Shown in pieces: positions 15,824 through 18,393 of a stretch of DNA of 18,393 nt. Below the pieces are notes generated by a model. It made no database searches and had not been told where the DNA came from. It saw only the letters and a program-made list of their open reading frames with translations. How positions within the stretch are numbered: the stretch's first letter is position 1; the number at the start of each line of letters is the position of its first letter. A program made the position numbers and the translations under genes. This DNA comes from an uncultured bacterium (lineage in GTDB: Bacteria > JAJVIF01 > JAPKYR01): contig CBDURU010000071.1 of the NCBI GenBank assembly GCA_965369865.1, forward strand, positions 1 to 18,393, written 5' to 3'.

Positions 15824-18040
15824 ATGCCACCGATCCTTGTTCCGATAATCGGATTTCTCGTTGGATTTTTCCTCATCGCCCATATCGGCGCGAGATTTGC
15901 CCAACCGCGCGACCCTTCCATTCCGGATCCCAATTTTAATAACCTGCTTCTCGGCGCGACAACATCAATCGCAATTTACAGTTTTCTCATCACCGTACTC
16001 GGCATGTCGGGATGGTTCGACAAGTGCTACATCATTACGCTCATCCTGTTTCACGTTGTACTGGTGCTTTTCATCATTCACGTAATCCGGTGGCGAAAAA
16101 TCGGGAAACCCAAATTCGACTGGTCCGCATGGGCTCCACCCGATCTACCAACAAAAATCCTCCTCTGGCTGCTGATTCTTTTCCAGGTCGGGATGTTCGT
16201 AAACGCCATCGCTCCGTTTATTAACCTGGACTCTGAGACATACCATTACCTTTTCATACGCGAATGGCTTGAGAATGGACAGATCACTGTCTACCCTGGG
16301 AACGGCTACTCGTATTATCCACTCACACTTGAAACATCCCTCGCCTCAGCGTACGACATGGGTGTACGATTCAGCCCGAAAGGTGAAAACCTCGGACCGG
16401 AAGCCGCGAATCTCGGTTTCTGGTTCATGCAGCTCCTGTTGATGGGCTGGCTGATCGGTTTCTGTTCCAGGCGCGGGCGGGTTCGAGTGGGATATCTCCT
16501 TGCTGTCGCGGTTTCGGGGCTTTTCTACTGGCCGGTGATAGCGTACTCGGGCGATGTCGACGGCGGGGTTGCATTATTTGCGCTCGCCGGGGTTTTTCAA
16601 TACCTCGAATGGCTGGAGTGGCGAAAGAAACCAAACGACTTCCCGGAAAAGCCCGAGCAAAGATTTTATGCGTTCCTATGGTTATTACGAAAAATCGGGT
16701 TCAGCCAGCTCGCGCTGGCAGGATTGTTCTTAGGCACTTCGCTCGCGTCCAAGTATTCAGCGATCCCGATAGCCGGACTGGTATTCCTGCATGCCCTCTG
16801 GATTTTATTAACCGACAGGCGTAACAGGAAAACAAACGTTCACGCGTTCATTGGATTCTTGATCTTCCTTATTATCCCAATCATCCCATGGTACTTCCGG
16901 AATTTCCAAATCACCGGGAACCCGATCTTCCCGTTCATGCGCGACCTCCTCGGCGGACCTGAACCGGCATTCGCGGATGATATCAATACCTGGACCGGGT
17001 GGGGTCTCGCGGTCAATCTGAAAAATTACATACTCTACCCGTTCAAGCTCGCGATGTTTTACAAATTAAAACCGCCGTTCGAGTGGATACGCGTGCCGTA
17101 CATGTACATCTCATGGCTTTTCGCGCTGGCGCCGTTTGCCGGGATTTTTCTTTTCCACAGGCGAATCGAGAGAATTGTCGCGATCTGGTGCTTTATCTTT
17201 TTCACCATCGCGTTTACCGTGATGAATGTCCAGACACGATATTTCCTGCCGTTCACAATTCTCGCGCTGTGGCTTGTCTGCGAATGGCTCGAGACATTGT
17301 CCTCGGCAAGACCCGCGACAGAATTAAAGAATGACACACCCATAAAGAAATTTGCCTGGGCGAAATGGGTTGTTTTCGTCATCGTACTGATACCGTTCCT
17401 CACCCAGCTCGATCTCGTGCGGAATCACATGATCGTGAGATGGCCCTACCTGTCGGGCCAGATGACGCGGTCTGAGTACGAGGAATCGATCTGGCCCAGC
17501 GCGAGGATTTTCGATAAGGCGAACGAAGTTGTGGGGGAAAATGAAACCGCAGTGATCTTTTCCCTTAGATCGTACCGGCTGGAAATACCATACACGCTTC
17601 CACCGGAGGAAATTTTCGCGACTGACGCCACTAACTCTGAAATTCTCGAGAGTCTCAGGGAAGGCGATCTTAATTACCTCCTGATCGATACCAGGATTCG
17701 CCAGTCGGCGGTTATGATCGACTGGATACTCCGGAACGGCACGATTCATGCGGACGTCGGAGGCGAGGAATATCTTTTCGATGAGGAAGAATATCTTGGC
17801 GCCATGGGACTGATTTATATCAGTCACGATCTCGCGAGGGAAATAATCAGGCACCAGGGCGGCATGAGGTTCGATGAAAACGGTATCTGGAAATGGAGAA
17901 TCGATTTAAATCGTTACGGTAAACCGTACGAAGGTGGGATTTTCAGATTCCTTGCGGGAGTGGCGGAGCTTGAGATGTCGGGGCGGATTTCCGTAATTGA
18001 CAGGACAGACGAATGGGAGTTGTATAAGTTGAATATGTAG
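15824..18040 (+). CDS. Multi-pass membrane protein, probable GT-C fold glycosyltransferase (ArnT/PMT-like)
   Basis: More than 10 hydrophobic segments; loop motifs DSETYH, YYP, DVD, SKY, PWYFRN..TGNPIFP, RYFLP; soluble C-terminal domain. Confidence 0.75.
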   Translation: MPPILVPIIGFLVGFFLIAHIGARFAQPRDPSIPDPNFNNLLLGATTSIAIYSFLITVLGMSGWFDKCYIITLILFHVVLVLFIIHVIRWRKIGKPKFDWSAWAPPDLPTKILLWLLILFQVGMFVNAIAPFINLDSETYHYLFIREWLENGQITVYPGNGYSYYPLTLETSLASAYDMGVRFSPKGENLGPEAANLGFWFMQLLLMGWLIGFCSRRGRVRVGYLLAVAVSGLFYWPVIAYSGDVDGGVALFALAGVFQYLEWLEWRKKPNDFPEKPEQRFYAFLWLLRKIGFSQLALAGLFLGTSLASKYSAIPIAGLVFLHALWILLTDRRNRKTNVHAFIGFLIFLIIPIIPWYFRNFQITGNPIFPFMRDLLGGPEPAFADDINTWTGWGLAVNLKNYILYPFKLAMFYKLKPPFEWIRVPYMYISWLFALAPFAGIFLFHRRIERIVAIWCFIFFTIAFTVMNVQTRYFLPFTILALWLVCEWLETLSSARPATELKNDTPIKKFAWAKWVVFVIVLIPFLTQLDLVRNHMIVRWPYLSGQMTRSEYEESIWPSARIFDKANEVVGENETAVIFSLRSYRLEIPYTLPPEEIFATDATNSEILESLREGDLNYLLIDTRIRQSAVMIDWILRNGTIHADVGGEEYLFDEEEYLGAMGLIYISHDLAREIIRHQGGMRFDENGIWKWRIDLNRYGKPYEGGIFRFLAGVAELEMSGRISVIDRTDEWELYKLNM

Positions 18041-18063
18041 CCTGTGTGGAAGTGTGGAAATCC

Positions 18064-18145
18064 GGGGACAGGCACTCAGATTTGCCGGGTAGTTTGCAGG
18101 GAGCGTAACCATTTGTATTAGCGGCAAATCTGTGAGCCAGTCCCC
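18064..18145. repeat. REP/MITE-like inverted repeat (24-bp arms, 34-bp spacer)
   Basis: GGGGACAGGCACTCAGATTTGCCG (18064-18087) pairs with CGGCAAATCTGTGAGCCAGTCCCC (18122-18145) with three mismatches (A/A, A/A, T/T). Confidence 0.8.
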
Positions 18146-18239
18146 TGATACGTTCCAGTCTCAGATCTGAAAAAATTAACCTGTAAATCGAGAAGTCTTT
18201 CCGGAAATCCGATGTTCAATATTGTAGAAGTGAGAAATT

Positions 18240-18393
18240 TTTCTGTATAGGGGACAATCATTTCTGTAAAGGGGACAATAATTTTTGTATAGGGGGCAAT
18301 CATTTCTGTAAAGGGGACAATCATTTCTGTAAAGGGGGCAATCATTTCTGTAAAGGGGACAATAATTTTTGTATAGGGGGCAATCATTTCTGT
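18240..18393. repeat. 21-bp tandem repeat array, at least 7.3 copies, running off the window end
   Basis: Consensus TTT[C/T]TGTA[A/T]AGGGG[A/G]CAAT[C/A]A; units at 18240, 18261, 18282, 18303, 18324, 18345, 18366 and a partial at 18387. Confidence 0.97.

Noticed and set aside
18044..18061. Tandem TGTGGAA as DnaA boxes near the 21-bp array
   Set aside because: Two or more mismatches to TGTGGATAA in each copy; not supportable.
18240..18393. Terminal array or the 123-bp repeat as CRISPR
   Set aside because: Units are contiguous with no unique spacers, and no cas genes are present.

Overview
Bacterial chromosomal window that starts and ends inside a repeat, so it may be a whole assembled contig. 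Core genes: a minus-strand pdxS-DUF488-glmU cluster; a long AT-rich intergenic region; a Lys/Arg-rich histone H1/Hc2-like protein built from 54-bp repeats; tRNA-Ala(GGC); a GT2 glycosyltransferase; a BI-1/YccA membrane protein; a carboxyl-transfer cluster (biotinyl-less OadA/5S-like subunit, methylmalonyl-CoA epimerase, PccB/12S-like subunit); and a GT-C-type membrane glycosyltransferase. Two visibly AT-richer cassettes with no mobility genes sit between core genes. The first is a DUF3696 ABC-ATPase plus a protein with a RelE-like C-terminus, resembling a Menshen defence pair without its DUF262 gene. The second is a translationally coupled three-gene module: unknown protein, N-terminally extended antitoxin-like protein, PemK/MazF toxin. 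Non-coding oddities include a 123-bp-period duplication of the glmU 3' end, candidate structured RNAs upstream of the histone-like gene, three different REP-like palindromes and a terminal 21-bp tandem array. All family assignments are from motif recognition by eye; no database search was run.
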